This document shows, piece after piece, positions 1 to 13,400 of a stretch of DNA of 64,000 nucleotides. The notes below the pieces were generated by a model. It was not told the origin of the DNA and did no database searches. It saw nothing but the letters and a program-made list of their open reading frames with translations. The translations under genes and the position numbers were made by a program. The DNA is from Euglena gracilis (taxonomy: Eukaryota): positions 26,734,954-26,798,953 of the forward strand of contig CP154954.1 of the NCBI GenBank assembly GCA_039621445.1, read 5' to 3'. The first letter of the stretch is position 1; the number at the start of each line of letters is the position of its first letter.

Positions 1-288
1 GCCACATGCCACCAGGCAGATGGAGGCATTGTTCAGCAGAAAAAGCCTTTCTGTCAACATCCCCAAAAACCCCACTTTGTGCACCGAGTGCAAGGTCACT
101 GAGGCACCACAGCCTACCGCCCACCATTCGTCTTATTGTAACAACCACTTCCTCCCCAGCACCTGAATAGTTCAAAAGCACCAACCCAGCTTCTGGCACA
201 GCAGCGCACAAACCCTCCTCACCATTCTCCCCTATCCTCCACCTTCTCACACAGCACGAATGCATTCAAATACATCTGCCATTTAAAA

Positions 289-720
289 GGACATTTGCGC
301 TTAAGCGCAAATTTTTAGCTTGCGCTTAAGCGCAAATTAAAATTTTGCGCTTAAGCGCAAGCTAAAACTAAAACAGAAGCCGCTGAGCTTGTGGGAGTCC
401 CTCTGATGTGTTACGGTGTGTCGGGGGCCCCTCTCTGCATGGCCAGAGCGCGGGCTTGGTGAGAAAATACATTTGCGCCGAAGCGCAAGGGACATGCCTA
501 CATAATGCACTGCTTGTTCATCCACATTACACTTCGGCGCAAGGTATTTCCTCACCAAGCCCGCACTCTCTGGCCTTTCAGAGAGGGGCCCCCGACACAC
601 CGTAACACATCAGAGGGACTCCCATAAGCCAGGGGCTTCTGTTTTAGCTTGCGCTTAAGCGCAAATTTTTAATTTGCGCTTAAGCGCAAGCTAAAAATTT
701 GCGCTTAAGCGCAAATGTCC
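289..720. mobile_element. Foldback (palindromic) non-autonomous element
   Basis: GGACATTTGCGC... at 289 is the reverse complement of ...GCGCAAATGTCC at 720, with long complementary arms. Each arm carries three copies of the 16-bp palindrome TTGCGCTTAAGCGCAA. Second copy at about 42207-42636. Confidence 0.8.
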
Positions 721-3700
721 ATAACCATTGCCTTCTGTGCCTGGCAGTGTGGGGCCTGGCGTTGCTCACCAGACGTTGGGAGAGGTCCCTAGGCTTGCCC
801 TCAGTCCCCCCAACCCCCCCCACCTGGGTGGTTCCCGCTGTACCGCTCCTCACGCTTCAAGCACCCAGGGATCACAACTCTGTGGCATGCCGTTTTTTCC
901 AACTTTTCACAACGTGCATGTAGAGTCCACCCTCTGGATGCCTCAGCAGCCAAACTCTTCACGGACATATCACAGAGCCAAAAAAACAACAAAAAGGGCC
1001 AATTGTCACCTGGACTGTGTGACACCATCCGGGGAACACAGCCAAGGCTTCAAAAACGAGGGACTCACAACGGGGGTTTCGGCCCATTTTTGGGAAAATT
1101 CACGTGTCCCGGCGGTCAAACCCAGGGTTTTGGGCCTTTTTCAAAATGGTGCACAGGCTGAAAAACACCAAAAATGGGCCTGTTCCCCGGGTTCCAACAT
1201 CGGAAAATGATGCACACGCCACCGTGGAGGGTCTCCGCGGAACCAGAGGGTCAAAAGGGTGGGTTCTACCGCCGGGTCTCAAAGAAATCGAAAATTTGCG
1301 CCAAAGCGCAAGCTAAAAATGAAAACCTTAAGTGCGAGTTAGGCCGCCTAAGAAGGGGGACCAAGCCCGAGGGCCTATCTGCCCATCCATCCATCCATCC
1401 ATCCATCCATCTATAGGCCTTTTGCACATGGACGACAAAATTCTTACCTTGGCCCAAACTTGGCCTCGTTGTCCCCCTGGCCTTACCTTCAATCATGGCC
1501 CAGGCTACAGGGGGGGGGGGGATCTGGAGGTGGGGTTTTCCTTTATTTTCAGCGCAAAGCACGGAACTTTTTTTTTTGACCACAAAATTACTCTCCAAAA
1601 GCGGTTCCCCTTGAGGCCCCCCCCTGGGGGGCCACAAGTGGCCACAAAGTGGCAACAAGTGTGTTGTCCCCTGGGGGACAACACACAAATTCTGAAGCAG
1701 ATACGCCCCCGGACATACGGGGAAAGTGAAAGGGAGGGAAACATTACCATTAGGCTCTTGGAATTTTTGGATTGAAGCACTGACCCAGAAAAAAAAATGC
1801 ATCCAGGTCGGCCGGTACAATCCAATTAATGTACCGCACAAAAAAACTCATGCTGAAATAAAAAAAGAACCAGACAGCCCAGCCCCTCCTGAAAGAGAAT
1901 GCAAAAAAAATGACGCAAAAAAAGTGGAACTGCTTAGAAAGAGCTTTGGATTGCAGGTTTTTGGTTTTTCAGCGAACTAAATTCACTGATTCATCCGAAA
2001 TTTGCTGTGGAGAGGACCCGTTTGGCAATCCTGGTGCTGTCATTTTCTCCACCAAGCGAGAGACCATGAAAAAATGAAAAGAGACCTGGCCAGGCAGTGA
2101 GAGTCCTTTGATGAAAAAAATGGGGGGGGGCAGCCCAGACCCATTTCCCCCCTCCGCCCCCGGGTCACCAAAGCTTAAAAAAAAATGAACTCTTTGGAGG
2201 GAATACCACAGTTTCATCACATTCAGCTTCCAGCTCCAAATGCACTGACATAGGAGGCTTGAAAAAATTTCGACGTGCGCAAATACGTTGGTTGTTTTTT
2301 TGCTGTTGAGCGGGTGTCACAGAGGCTGAAACATCAGTGTGGTGATGGAAAACCTACCACTGAACTCAACAAGGTAACCACCTGATAAAAGCACGGGCTC
2401 ATGGTGGACCGCCGACTCCAGCGGTGGGGGGTGCGCTTCTAACCGGACCCCACCTGGTGATTTTTGTTGATTTCCTTTTGAGATACCACCAAAATGGGGG
2501 GAGGGGGGGGCGCTTGTAACGGACCCCGCCTTCGGCAGCAGGGAGGTGCGCTTTTATTTGGACCCTGCGCTTGCAGCGGCCCCGCACTTCTATTGGGGGG
2601 GGGGGTTAACTGGTGGCAGTCCTCCTTCTTCATCCCCCTCATCAACCACCACTGGCAGAGTTCCCTGACAACCCATTTCTTCCTGTTTTATTTGTTACAT
2701 ACAAAACTCCACCCCTTTTCATAACCAACTTCAAAAGCCTCTACAACGTGCCGTTGTGCTTCAGAAATCAAGGGAAGGGGTGGGCCTGTCACCCCACGGG
2801 CGCTGGCAGTTGCGCATCCCCTTGTCTGCAACCCCCAACTGGGGGGTGGTCGGTACATAGGGGTGGTTGGTGGACAAGGGGGGGGTACCAACGATGCGGT
2901 GTGTCTTGGACAGGGAGGCACCGGGGTTTTCGTGTATTTTTGGTGAATTTCTCTCTTTGAGGAGGTCAGTCCTGGGGGTTTCACAACTCGGCGACGTTTC
3001 AGAGGGTCAATGTGCACCATTCCCCTGAGTGTCAGAAGCAGTTCAAAGACATGGATACCAATTCTCCAAAATTAAAAATTGTGTCGGTGTGTGGACACAC
3101 CGACACAAAAATCCTTGAGTGCGAGACGCCATCTAAGTTGAGGGTCGAGGCAGACACATCACACTGTGAGGGGTGTCAACCGCACGTTCCTGCCACAATC
3201 AGGGCGTCTTTTAACGACCCCTGGGGGGGGGGGGTCCAACCCCGAGGCTAAAAAAAAAAAATGGGCTGGCTGGAAAAAGGATGCTGACCCATAGGGGTCA
3301 CCCAGCCTGACCCAGGGTCAAACTGGGTGTTAGAAAAAAAGCGAAACTACATAAATACCCCCAAAAAACTGCCAATTATTCAAAAATCTTGTTACACTTA
3401 CCTGGCCAGCCCATTTTCAACCCATTTTTGCACCTCCAAAAGCAAAACTCCATGACCGTTTGATGAATGCATTCAGCAAACAAAATTTGTTGATGGGGGG
3501 GCTGGAAAAACATTTCAGGCTGGAGAAAACAATGCTGGCAGGCTGGACCCCCAGTTTGGTTCCCCTTCCGCTCAAATCACGCCCTGGTCGCAATGGCTGC
3601 TCGTCTCGGCCTAGCCACCCGGGACAGAAAGACACCCCGAGGGTGGAGCAAATATATAACCATGACTCAGGACGGAAATGGCGAGGGTGTACAAATGGAC

Positions 3701-4679
3701 GGGGGCAATCCCGCATTCAGCAAAACAAACGGCATGCCAAGGCTGAATGCTGGACCTCTGTAAACTCGAGCCAACAGCCACAATGGTGTCCATAAATATT
3801 CACACCCCACTGCCCAGAAGGCACCCTTTAACGTTTAAATCGTTGGACAACGTCTCTGTGTGCTTGTCAGCTCGTTCTTGGGCCTGAGGAGTGGTGAGAA
3901 AGGCCTGGACATGGGGGCCAGGGAATTAAATGAGTGGGGAGGGGGGGGGTCGCTGAGCTCTTATCCCTTTATGGGTAAGAGCGAAGCTTACCACTGGGGG
4001 AAAACCCCCCCCGAACCCCCCCTCCCCCCCCCCTCGGGGCCACCTCGGGAACCGGCGGATTATCACCATGATCCCGGCCCCGTTCCCGAAATTTTTTTTT
4101 TCAGTCACGAGCGACTGGATTCCTAGTTTCCGAATCACCTGGGTTTGACCCCCAACTCCCCGCCAGGCCCGAGTTATTCACGCGCGAAGGGGTCCAAACT
4201 GGGTAGGATTCGCCAACCCCCCCTGGATAAGCCCCCCCCCCCCCCTTTGGACGGCCAAAAAATGTCAATTTTCAAAATATCTCCAAAATGAAGCAAAATC
4301 AAAGGAAATGTCCGGAGACCTAATTTGAAGCCCTTGGAACGCCCCATCTACTGGTATTTTGATTTCCCCGCAACGCCCCGTCTAGCCCGAGATACGGCCG
4401 TTTTCGGCGCAGCTGGCCGTTTTGTACACTTTTCCCTCTGTTCGACTTGGCCGTTTTCGGGGGGTGGGGGGTCAAAAAATCAATGTTTTCAAAATTTCTC
4501 GAAAATGATGCAAAATCAAAGGAAATGTCCAGAGACCTAAATTGAAGCCCTTGGAACACTCTATCTACTGTGATTTTGGTTTCATCGCAGCTCACCGCCT
4601 AGCCCGAGATACGGCCGTTTTTCGGCCAATTTTGGCCATTTTGTACACGTTTTCCACTGTTCGACTTGGCCATTTTCGG

Positions 4680-6520
4680 CCAAAAAAATCGAAAAAAATC
4701 GAAAAAATTTTTTTTGCCCAAAACGATGTTTTTTGGCCTCCCGGACCTGGAAAAACTGTTTTTGAGCCGAAAATGAGCGTTTTTCGACCCGCCAGCACCC
4801 CGTTCTGGGCCGCCAACCCATTGACTTTGGGTCAAAACCGGGTCAAAAAAGTCAAAAAAAATCGAAAAAAATTTTTTTGCCCAAAACGATGTTTTTTGGC
4901 CTCCCGGACCCGGAAAAACTGTTTTTGAGCCGAAAATGAGCGTTTTTCGACCCGCCAGCGCCCCGTTCTGGGCCGCCAACCCATTGACTTCGGGCCAAAA
5001 CCGGGTCAAAAAAGTCAAAAAAAAATCGAAAAAAATTTTTTGCCCAAAACGATGTTTTTTGGCCTCCCGGACCCGGAAAAACTGTTTTTGAGCCGAAAAT
5101 GAGCGTTTTTCGACCCGCCAGCGCCCCGTTTTGGGCCGCCAACCCATTGACTTCGGGCCAAAACCGGGTCAAAAAAGTCGAAAAAAATCGAAAAAAAATT
5201 TTTTGCCCGAAACGATGTTTTTTGGCCTCCTGGACCCGGAAAAGGGGTTTTCGAGCCGAAAATGGGCGTTTTTCGACCATAATGGCCATCATGGCCTGTG
5301 ATGGCCATGATGCGCATCATGACCGGTGATGCCAATCATGGGTCATAATGTGCATGATGACCCATGATGACCATCATGGGCAATGATGGCCATCATGACC
5401 AATGATGGCCATCAGGACCAATGATGGCCATCACGACCAATGATGGCCATCACGACCAATGATGGCCATCATGACCAATGATGGCCATCATGACCAATGA
5501 TGGCCATCATGACCAATGATGGCCATCATGACCAATGATGGCCATCATGACCAATGATGGCCATCATGACCAATGATGGCCATCATGACCAATGATGGCC
5601 ATCATGACCAATGATGGCCATCATGACCCCTGAGGCCCATCATGACCAATGATGGCCATCATGACCAATGATGGCCATCATGACCAATGATGGCCATCAT
5701 GGCCAATGATGGCCATCATGACCCCTGAGGCCCATCATGACCAATGATGGCCATCAGGACCAATGATGGCCAGCAGGACCAATGATGGCCATCAGGACCA
5801 ACGATGGCCATCATGACCAATGATGGCCATCATGACCAATGATGGCCATCATGACCCCTGAGGCCCATCATGACCAATGATGGCCATCATGACCAATGAT
5901 GGCCAGCATGACCAATGATGGCCATCATGGCCAATGATGGCCATCATGACCCCTGAGGCCCATCATGACCAATGATGGCCATCAGGACCAATGATGGCCA
6001 GCAGGACCAATGATGGCCATCAGGACCAATGATGGCCATCATGACCCATGATGCCCATCATGACCAATGATGGCCATCACGACCAATGATGGCCATCATG
6101 ACCAATGACGGCCATCATGACCCATGATGGCCATCATGACCCATGATGCCCATCATGACCAATGATGGCCATCATGACCAATGATGGCCATCATGGCCCA
6201 TGATGGCCATCATGGGCCATGATGGCCATCATTGGTCATGATGGCCATCATGGGTCAACCAATGATGGCCATCATGGCCCATGATGGCCATCATGACCAA
6301 TGTCAACCGGGTCAAAAAAGTCGAAAAAAATGGAAATTTTTTTTGCCCCAAACGATGTTTTTGGGCCTCCCGGACCCGGAAAAACTGTTTTTGAGCCGAA
6401 AATGAGCGTTTTTCGACCCGCCAGCGCCCCGTTTTGGGCCGCCGACCCATTGACTTTGGGTCAAACCCGGTCAAAAAAGTGGAAAAAAATCGAAAAAATT
6501 TTTTGGGCCCTAAACGATTC
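4680..6520 (+). repeat. 163-bp tandem repeat array, interrupted by a 19-bp satellite
   Basis: The motif GCCC(A/G)AAACGATG recurs at 4716, 4879, 5042 and 5205 (period 163), and a further unit resumes at about 6305-6520. Confidence 0.9.
5380..6302 (+). repeat. 19-bp minisatellite (CATGACCAATGATGGCCAT)n, about 48 units
   Basis: Period 19 read directly. The palindrome ATGATGGCCATCAT spans unit junctions. A variant monomer containing CCCCTGAGGCCC occurs at 5627, 5722, 5855 and 5950. Second copy at about 47295-48193. Confidence 0.95.
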
Positions 6521-6527
6521 GCTGGGA

Positions 6528-6745
6528 CGCCGGGCCGCCGGCCGGCCCGCCGGCCCGCCGGCCCGCCGCTGGCCGGGCCGGGCTGGGCCGCCGGGCCGCC
6601 GGCCGGTCCGGGCCGGGCCGCCGGGCCGCCGGCCGGTCCGGGCCAGGCCGCCGGGCCGGGCCGGGCCGGGCCGCCGGGCCGCCGGGCCGCCGGGCCGCCG
6701 GCCGGGCCGGGCCGGGCCGCCGGCCGGGCCGGGCCGGGCCGGACC
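6528..6745. repeat. Almost pure-GC low-complexity repeat built from GGCCG/GCCG units
   Basis: About 220 bp made of CCGGG/CCGCC/GGCCG units. Confidence 0.9.
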
Positions 6746-7424
6746 GTCGGTGGTGGGGGCGCGCTTATCAAGAGCTCAGCACTATTCAAAACCTGGTATG
6801 GACCCCCCTCGCCCCCCCCCCACGGGGGGGGGTGGGTCGGACCCGCCCCTCTTGTGAAAAAAATGCATATCCCCAAAGCGCCAGAAAAAGCTTTTGGGCC
6901 TTGAAAAATGTCCAAAGATCGTGGTTTCACAAACTTTCTTTTGAAAAGATTGGTCAAAATATGCACCAATTTTTCATCTTTTCCCGCGGGAAGCGCTGGA
7001 ATTTCTTGGGGAGGTTCCGGACCCACCCACCCCCCTCACTCAGTCCGAAGGGGGGGGTGGGGGTGGTCTGGACCCCCCTCCCCACTTCACAAAACCACTG
7101 CTCACCTAATACCCTGTGGGGTGCAAAAAACGTGGGGTGGAGACCATTAATACGGATCTCAAAAACCTCAAATGAACAATGAATCACCAGGCAAAAAAAA
7201 AATGCAACAAACAAACTTTTTTCTTGGAATTCTGCGCAAAGCTGATAGAAAAATGACCCCCATTTCAATTTTTCTTTGGCATTTTGCGCCGAAAATGCTG
7301 GTATCCAGCCCGGCCACACCAGGCTGGCCCCGGCATTTTCTTTCCGGTGGATCCCTTTGGTTGCCACCTGGCTGGGAGGTCCGCACCGGAAAAGGCATCG
7401 GCTGGACGGACCTCGTATCGTGAC

Positions 7425-8285
7425 CAGGGAATTCTTAAGGACCCCCGGGGGTCCAGCCTCCGGCTGGCAAAAAGGCTGCTGGCGGGAAATGAGCACAGGG
7501 GTTTTTTTTAAGACCGGGGGGGGGTCCCCCCCACCCCCCCCCCCCCCCCCGGGGGGCCCCCCTGGGGCGGGGGGGTCCCGGGGGACCCACAAAAAATGGC
7601 CGAAAAATTGCGAAAAGTGCTAAAAATAGCATTTTTTCGGCGCCTGCGGCGCCGAAAAGTATATCCCACCCCCCTCCGGGGGCGCCCCCAGGGGGGCGGG
7701 GGGGGCTCGGCCGGACCCACCCGCCCTACCCCCCTCCCCCCCCTGTGTGCACTGTGGCTGTTTTTTTGGTGCCTTTTATCCCTTCTTCTGGCCTGGCACT
7801 GTTGTTCGCCTCTGGCACTTTTTGTCTGTGTGCGTGGAGGTGGCCGGAGCCTGGCGGGACCCCCCCCCCCCCCGGGGGGCCACGACTAAAAAAACCCCTG
7901 AATGAGCAGCTGGCTGGACCCCCCGGGGGGGGGGGGTCCGGGGCTGGAGGAGGTTGGGCTGGGCTGGGTCGATGAAAAACAAAATTTTCTAAAACATTTT
8001 TGCCATTTTAGACATTTTGATGGATGGAGCTAGATCAAGGCTGGGGGCTGTGATGGAGGAAGCTGTGATGAGGGGGAAAAATGCATGGATAGGTGAGCTG
8101 GGCAGCCCAGTTGGCTGTCCAGCCTGCGGCCGGCTGGCCCGGCCTCCGGCCGGGCTGGACCCGACTTTATTTCACTCGACCCCTGGGGGCCCAGCCCGAA
8201 TTTGGGCTGCTGGCTGGATTTGAGCTGCTGGCTGGCTGGACCCCCCCGGGGGGGGGGGGCACCCTCCGGCTTAAGAAATTCCCTG
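7425..8285. mobile_element. hAT-like MITE (outer), containing a nested MITE
   Basis: TIRs CAGGGAATTCTTAAG...CTTAAGAAATTCCCTG; 8-bp TSD ATCGTGAC/ATGGTGAC (1 mismatch). Confidence 0.8.
7496..7900. mobile_element. hAT-like MITE, CAGGGGTTTTTTTA family (nested)
   Basis: TIRs CAGGGGGTTTTTTTAAG...CTAAAAAAACCCCTG; perfect 8-bp TSD AATGAGCA. Confidence 0.88.
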
Positions 8286-10344
8286 ATGGTGACGTATCGT
8301 GGCGTACCAGTGACGTTACGGAGATCAAAGATGAACGTCCTTCGCCCCAAAAGGGCCGTGCCTTGGCATTGCCGGAAAACAACAACCAAGGCGTCACCTG
8401 CCCAACCGGACACTGCAGTGAAATAGGAATACTGGGGCAGGGGCCGGGTGCGTGGCCGGACCACAGTCCGGCTGCGCATGGCCGGCTGCGACCCGTGGGC
8501 TGGCCCCCTCCCCAGACCACGCTTCTCTTGACCAACCCCAGGGGGGAAGGGGTGCCTTGTGCTATGGGATGCCTGCCCATAGCAGGCACACCCCTTGGGG
8601 GGGGGGTCAGTTTCGGGCCCCGGTGCCTCCCGGCCAAGGCAAATTTCTTTTAAAAATGGCCATTTTCGGGCCCCGGCGAGCCCGGGCGCCTTTGGCGCCG
8701 GGGGAGGGGGGGGTGCTATAGCACCACCCACCCCAAACCCGCCCACCCCCCTTAGCTGCACTAAGGCTTCTTGTCTGTTTATGGCCGGCGCTAACTTCGC
8801 TTCTGGCCCCGTTTGCTGCGTGGTGAGTGGCCAGGGACCCCTTACACCAGTCCTCTTTTGTTGCTCCCCCTGGCCGGGTGAGTAACTCTGGTGTAATTCC
8901 AGCGCTGTAGGGACATACACTCACCTTGTGTGGTTGGTGTGGTTCCCGTGGGTGGGTCTACACCCTTGCGCCCCAGTGCCGCCCTTGCCTCCTGCCCTCT
9001 TCCCACTTTTCTGTTTGGGGGATGCATGGTGCAGGCACAACGCCATGACTTGAAAAATTCCAATGTGGCCTCACGGTCCCGCGGCTTAGGTAAACCCGGG
9101 TCACCAAGTCTCGGCCTTAGGGCGGGTGGCGGGTGGGTAGTGTGCTGCTGGGTACCAGTAGTTCCTTACATACTGGTACCTGCGCTCCGTGCCCTGTCCG
9201 GGGTTGGTTTGGGCGGTCCCACCCACCCACCCCCCCCCCCGGGGTCGAAAATGCCCAACCCCCTGCCCCCAGGGGGGGGGGTGCGACTTCCCTTAAAAAA
9301 AGCCTGCCCCCGGACCATACAAGTTTGCTGACCCCCAGGGGGAGGGGGAAAGGGGGTTTGGCCCCTTTCAGCTTCAGCAATGGCCAATGGCCAATGCTAG
9401 CACAAAAGATTGGGGGCAAAAGAGTCAATTGAACACCCACAATCCGCCTTCAAGACAGGGACTCGCTTTCGGGAGTCATTTTTGAGGTTCATTCCCAGAT
9501 TCTCACACACTTGGACATTTTCGACAAATAAACCCTCCTCCGGGGGGGGAGGGGTGCCAACTAAACAAATAAGCCAACAAATGAAATGAGGAATCAGGAA
9601 AGCACCAGATCAGGAAGAGAGGTATATAGTCCAGCTGGAGCACAGGTGATGTGATGTGATGGGGGCATTGGTTGTGAAAGTGTGGGCAGATCAAGCGACA
9701 AATGCCGGTTGGTGGCCTGTTATTACCTTATGTGCACGAGCCTTTCACCTACTGCTTTGATGTCATCAAATGCCCCAGCAGAAGCGAATATCATACAGAG
9801 TGGACTGCAGGGGGCAGCGAGGACAGCGTTCCGCTGGTGTGGAAGCGACTCCCACCGGGGTTGGTTTGGCATTTGCACATATGGGCCCCGGGGTAGGGCA
9901 GGGAGGGACGGTGTCTGAGCCAGACACTACCCACCGGTTCCCCGTGTTTTGTTGTGCGGAGCGACGTCACGCAGACAAGCCCTGGCCGGCCCAGCCAGGC
10001 ATATGACACCCCCTGTCACCCTTATAGTGGCGGAATAGCGTCGCAAGTGACGGATGGGGCCGTTCGGAGGCTAGGCCCACTTTGAGACCTAAGAAGAAGA
10101 ACAACCAACCTTTCCCAGCTGTCCAGTCTCAAGCCAGGGTCCCTTTGGTCCCCCCCAGAGCAGATTTTTGGGTTTTTGAAGGAATAGGATGAGGGTTGGG
10201 CCTAAGTTTAGACTCATGCGCAGGCCTAACACTAATCTATAAATTAGGTCTAAGAGCCCAAGGCTGACCCCAACCCTGTTCTTTCAATAACCCAAAAATC
10301 CCCTCCAGGTCAAAGGGGGTATCAAAGGGTACACTTGCCAAAAA

Positions 10345-10442
10345 CACACATAATATATATATGTGTGTGTACATACATACATATACATGCATACATACAA
10401 TCCATATGCATGTACATATATGTGTGTATGTGTGTGTGTGTA
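10345..10442. repeat. Compound (TA/CA/TG) microsatellite
   Basis: Alternating purine-pyrimidine tract. Confidence 0.85.
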
Positions 10443-13400
10443 TTGCCCCTTCCACCATTTGCGGCAGTTTCCCCCTCAGGAGTTCCTCTTCCGCTTGTTC
10501 CCTCACGAGTTCCATTTGCCAACGATGCCGACAAAGTTTGGTGAACCGCTGCAAAAAAAAAAAGAATAGACTTGTTGTTGAACACTATTTGCAAATGCCA
10601 AAAAGAACTGAAATCCACAATTGGAGCCCAGTTTCTTTACCTTCTTGAGCAATTTTTGAGTCTGTTTCAAAAGGGCAAAATCAGCAAATTGTTCCTGAGG
10701 GCTGGGCTGCAAATGAAACCGCTCCGGAGCACATGACAAACGTTTACCGAGTCACAGATAATTTTTTTTGCGGATCACAAAAGGGGGAAAAATAAGTGCA
10801 GTGGCATTGGATTACAAAAGACTTCATCCCATGGCAAAAACATGTCTGCTCATTACCAGAGGATGGAATGCCCATTTTTTTGCCAGTGGGTAAAAGAGAA
10901 TCAGCAACCATTCCTTTCTACAACGCAAGCCTGGAGGAGTGTGAGGCAACCGTGCTGCAGGGTTGAAAGACACCAGCCAGTGCCCCAATCCCATTGGGGG
11001 CAAACACTAACCCTAACCTTGCAACCTGCTGGTTCGTCAAATCAAACCAAACCACCCAAATGGGAACTTCCTGCATCATTGCCAAGGCAATGCACATTGG
11101 GTTCCAGCAACCATGCACATTCCCATGGAAACCAGGCAAGGGCACAACAACTGGGCAAACCACGTTTTGCTATGTCAAGGACTCTGTCCAGACCAAGGGT
11201 CAGGAGGAGTGGTTGGGACCATAGAGACACTTGGTGACCCCCCCTTGGATGGGACCCAAACCCACCCACCCACTTTTTGAAAACCAAAACCACCAAAAAA
11301 AAAACCACCCACCCACAACTCCGGGGGGGGGGGGGTCAACACCACCCACCCACCCAGCCACCCAAAACCCAGCCAACGTCGACCGAAAATGCTGGAAAAA
11401 AATTTTCCGGCCTGGCCTTTGGCCGGCAAAAACCTGACCCGTGGCGCACCCCACTCGGGTTTTCCGCAGAGTGAAATCCGGGGGGCTTCTAATTGGGGGT
11501 TAAGTCAACAAGAGGCAACCGGTGCCAAACAATGCATGCAATGCCCAATGGTGCCCAATGGTGGATTTATTGACTTCTTTACATCAGAGAAATGCATCCA
11601 TGATGTGGAATGTAGCATTTTTGATCAGAATTTTTTAAGCAAATGTACACAGATCAGGAAGGATATGGATGGAGACTTTAAACAATCACTGTTGCGAAAT
11701 TGCGACATTTTGCAGAATAATTTTCGGAAATTTGCGGAAATAGTAAAAAAAAAACAAACAAAGTTGATGCCAAGGTCCAGAACAAGCATATGATGGTTAC
11801 TGCAGATTCGAGCGTGAGGCCAAAACCCCAGGAGGTGAGTAATCCGGATCTGGTTGACTTTTGGACCCCCCCCCCCGGTCTCCCCCCTAGAACCTGACCG
11901 ACCTGAACTTGACTGTTGACTTCCCAGGATGTGCACCGGCTGGGGGACAAGTGGGAGCTACAGAGCGGTATGAAATAGACAGGGGACGACTGCCCAAAAG
12001 CGAGAACGGCCAGGGGCAGAGGGCAGCCAGAACCAAAACACTTCCGGCCCCTGAATTGACCCTGGAGTCATTGCGGAAGAATTGACATCCCGATCCATGC
12101 AAACGTGTGATTTTGACTTCAAGAATTGTTGCACTTTGAGCAGTTTTCCGCCTGAGGAAGAAGATTTTTGAATTATGGGCCGATAAATGGGCATTGTGGC
12201 ATCAGACATTTCCCCCCCAAAAACCAAGTTCTGGATCAACCACTACGGCCGCTGGTTGACCCCAACTAGCTTGTTTTTTAGAGTTTTTTTTTTGTTGAAT
12301 TTATACTTTTTTCTAAAGAAATGAAGTGTTGAGGCCCAAAATTTCCTTAAGCTCAAGTGACAATTCGATATTACCCTGCCTGAATATGTATATAGCCGCC
12401 ACAAGAAATGAACAAATGATGTTAGAAAAAAGAGAAATATCTGCCAACTGCCCTCCTGCCCCTGCTGGGACTACACTACAGGAGCACAGGCAGCACACTC
12501 CAATATTTCCAGTTCAGCCAAAAGCGTGCCTGCCAATGTCCCTGACAGCACCGCCATTGCGCAATGGCACAAGCCTTGGCAGCCAGATGGACCCATAATC
12601 TTCCCCTGGGAATCCAAACTCTGTTGAACGTTCACTGGGATCCCAGTGGACAGTCTACACCCGTGTGAAGGTATTGGAATTTTCAATCCCTGCCAGGATG
12701 AAAGAGAGTGCCATTAGGCCTTCAAAAATCACAATCATTTCTGGTATTTGATCACCCCCCCCAAGTTGGAACATGGGGCCTGCCAGAAATGCTCAGGCAC
12801 TTCGGCAATGTGCCACCCCCAGGGATGCAATGCAAACTGTCCGTTTGATGAAGCAAAGCTGCCCCCCCTTTCCCCTGACCAGGCAGAAATCCAAGGACAC
12901 CCCCAGCAGGGGATGCCTCCTGGACAGGTGCTTGACAGCAGATCTAAGGGGGGGGTTCTGACTTGTCTGGGTGGAGGTGCTGGTCTCAAAGCAGCCACAG
13001 AAGGCTTGCCAAGGGGGTGATGGGGGTGGGTGGAACGGTGCTGTACAGATGAATGGCGGTCCAAACTTCTGTTAGAATGGATCAGGCACAATGGAAAAGA
13101 ACACAGGACAATTTGAGGGTGTGCAAGGGTGTGTAAGAGAATGTGGGGGGGGGGGGCAATGGTTGACAGTGATAACTGAATGCTTGGGAAAACCAAAAAT
13201 TTAGGGCGACAATTTTCAATTATTTCTCACTAGCAGCTCTCAAATTTCACCTCCTGTGAGGGCTGTAAACCCCCCCCACCCCCACCCTCAGGGTTTTGGG
13301 ATTTCTGTAAATTCCCCATGGCGCTCCTTGAGGTAAAAAAAAATTCCTGTCTCAACACATTCAATGAAAAAAACAAAATGGTTTGGAAAATAATCATATT

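Noticed and set aside
5380-6302. CRISPR array
   Set aside because: The 19-bp units are contiguous with no unique spacers, there are no cas genes, and the context is eukaryotic; it is a minisatellite.
6229-7026. 265-aa Pro/Gly/Ala/Arg-rich ORF and overlapping ORFs
   Set aside because: Open only because of the GC-only repeat and the 163-bp array; the frames are not conserved in the second copy.
7300-8425. Exon pair joined across the 7425-8285 MITE
   Set aside because: Several frames on both strands stay open after excision and none gives a recognisable protein, so no call can be made.
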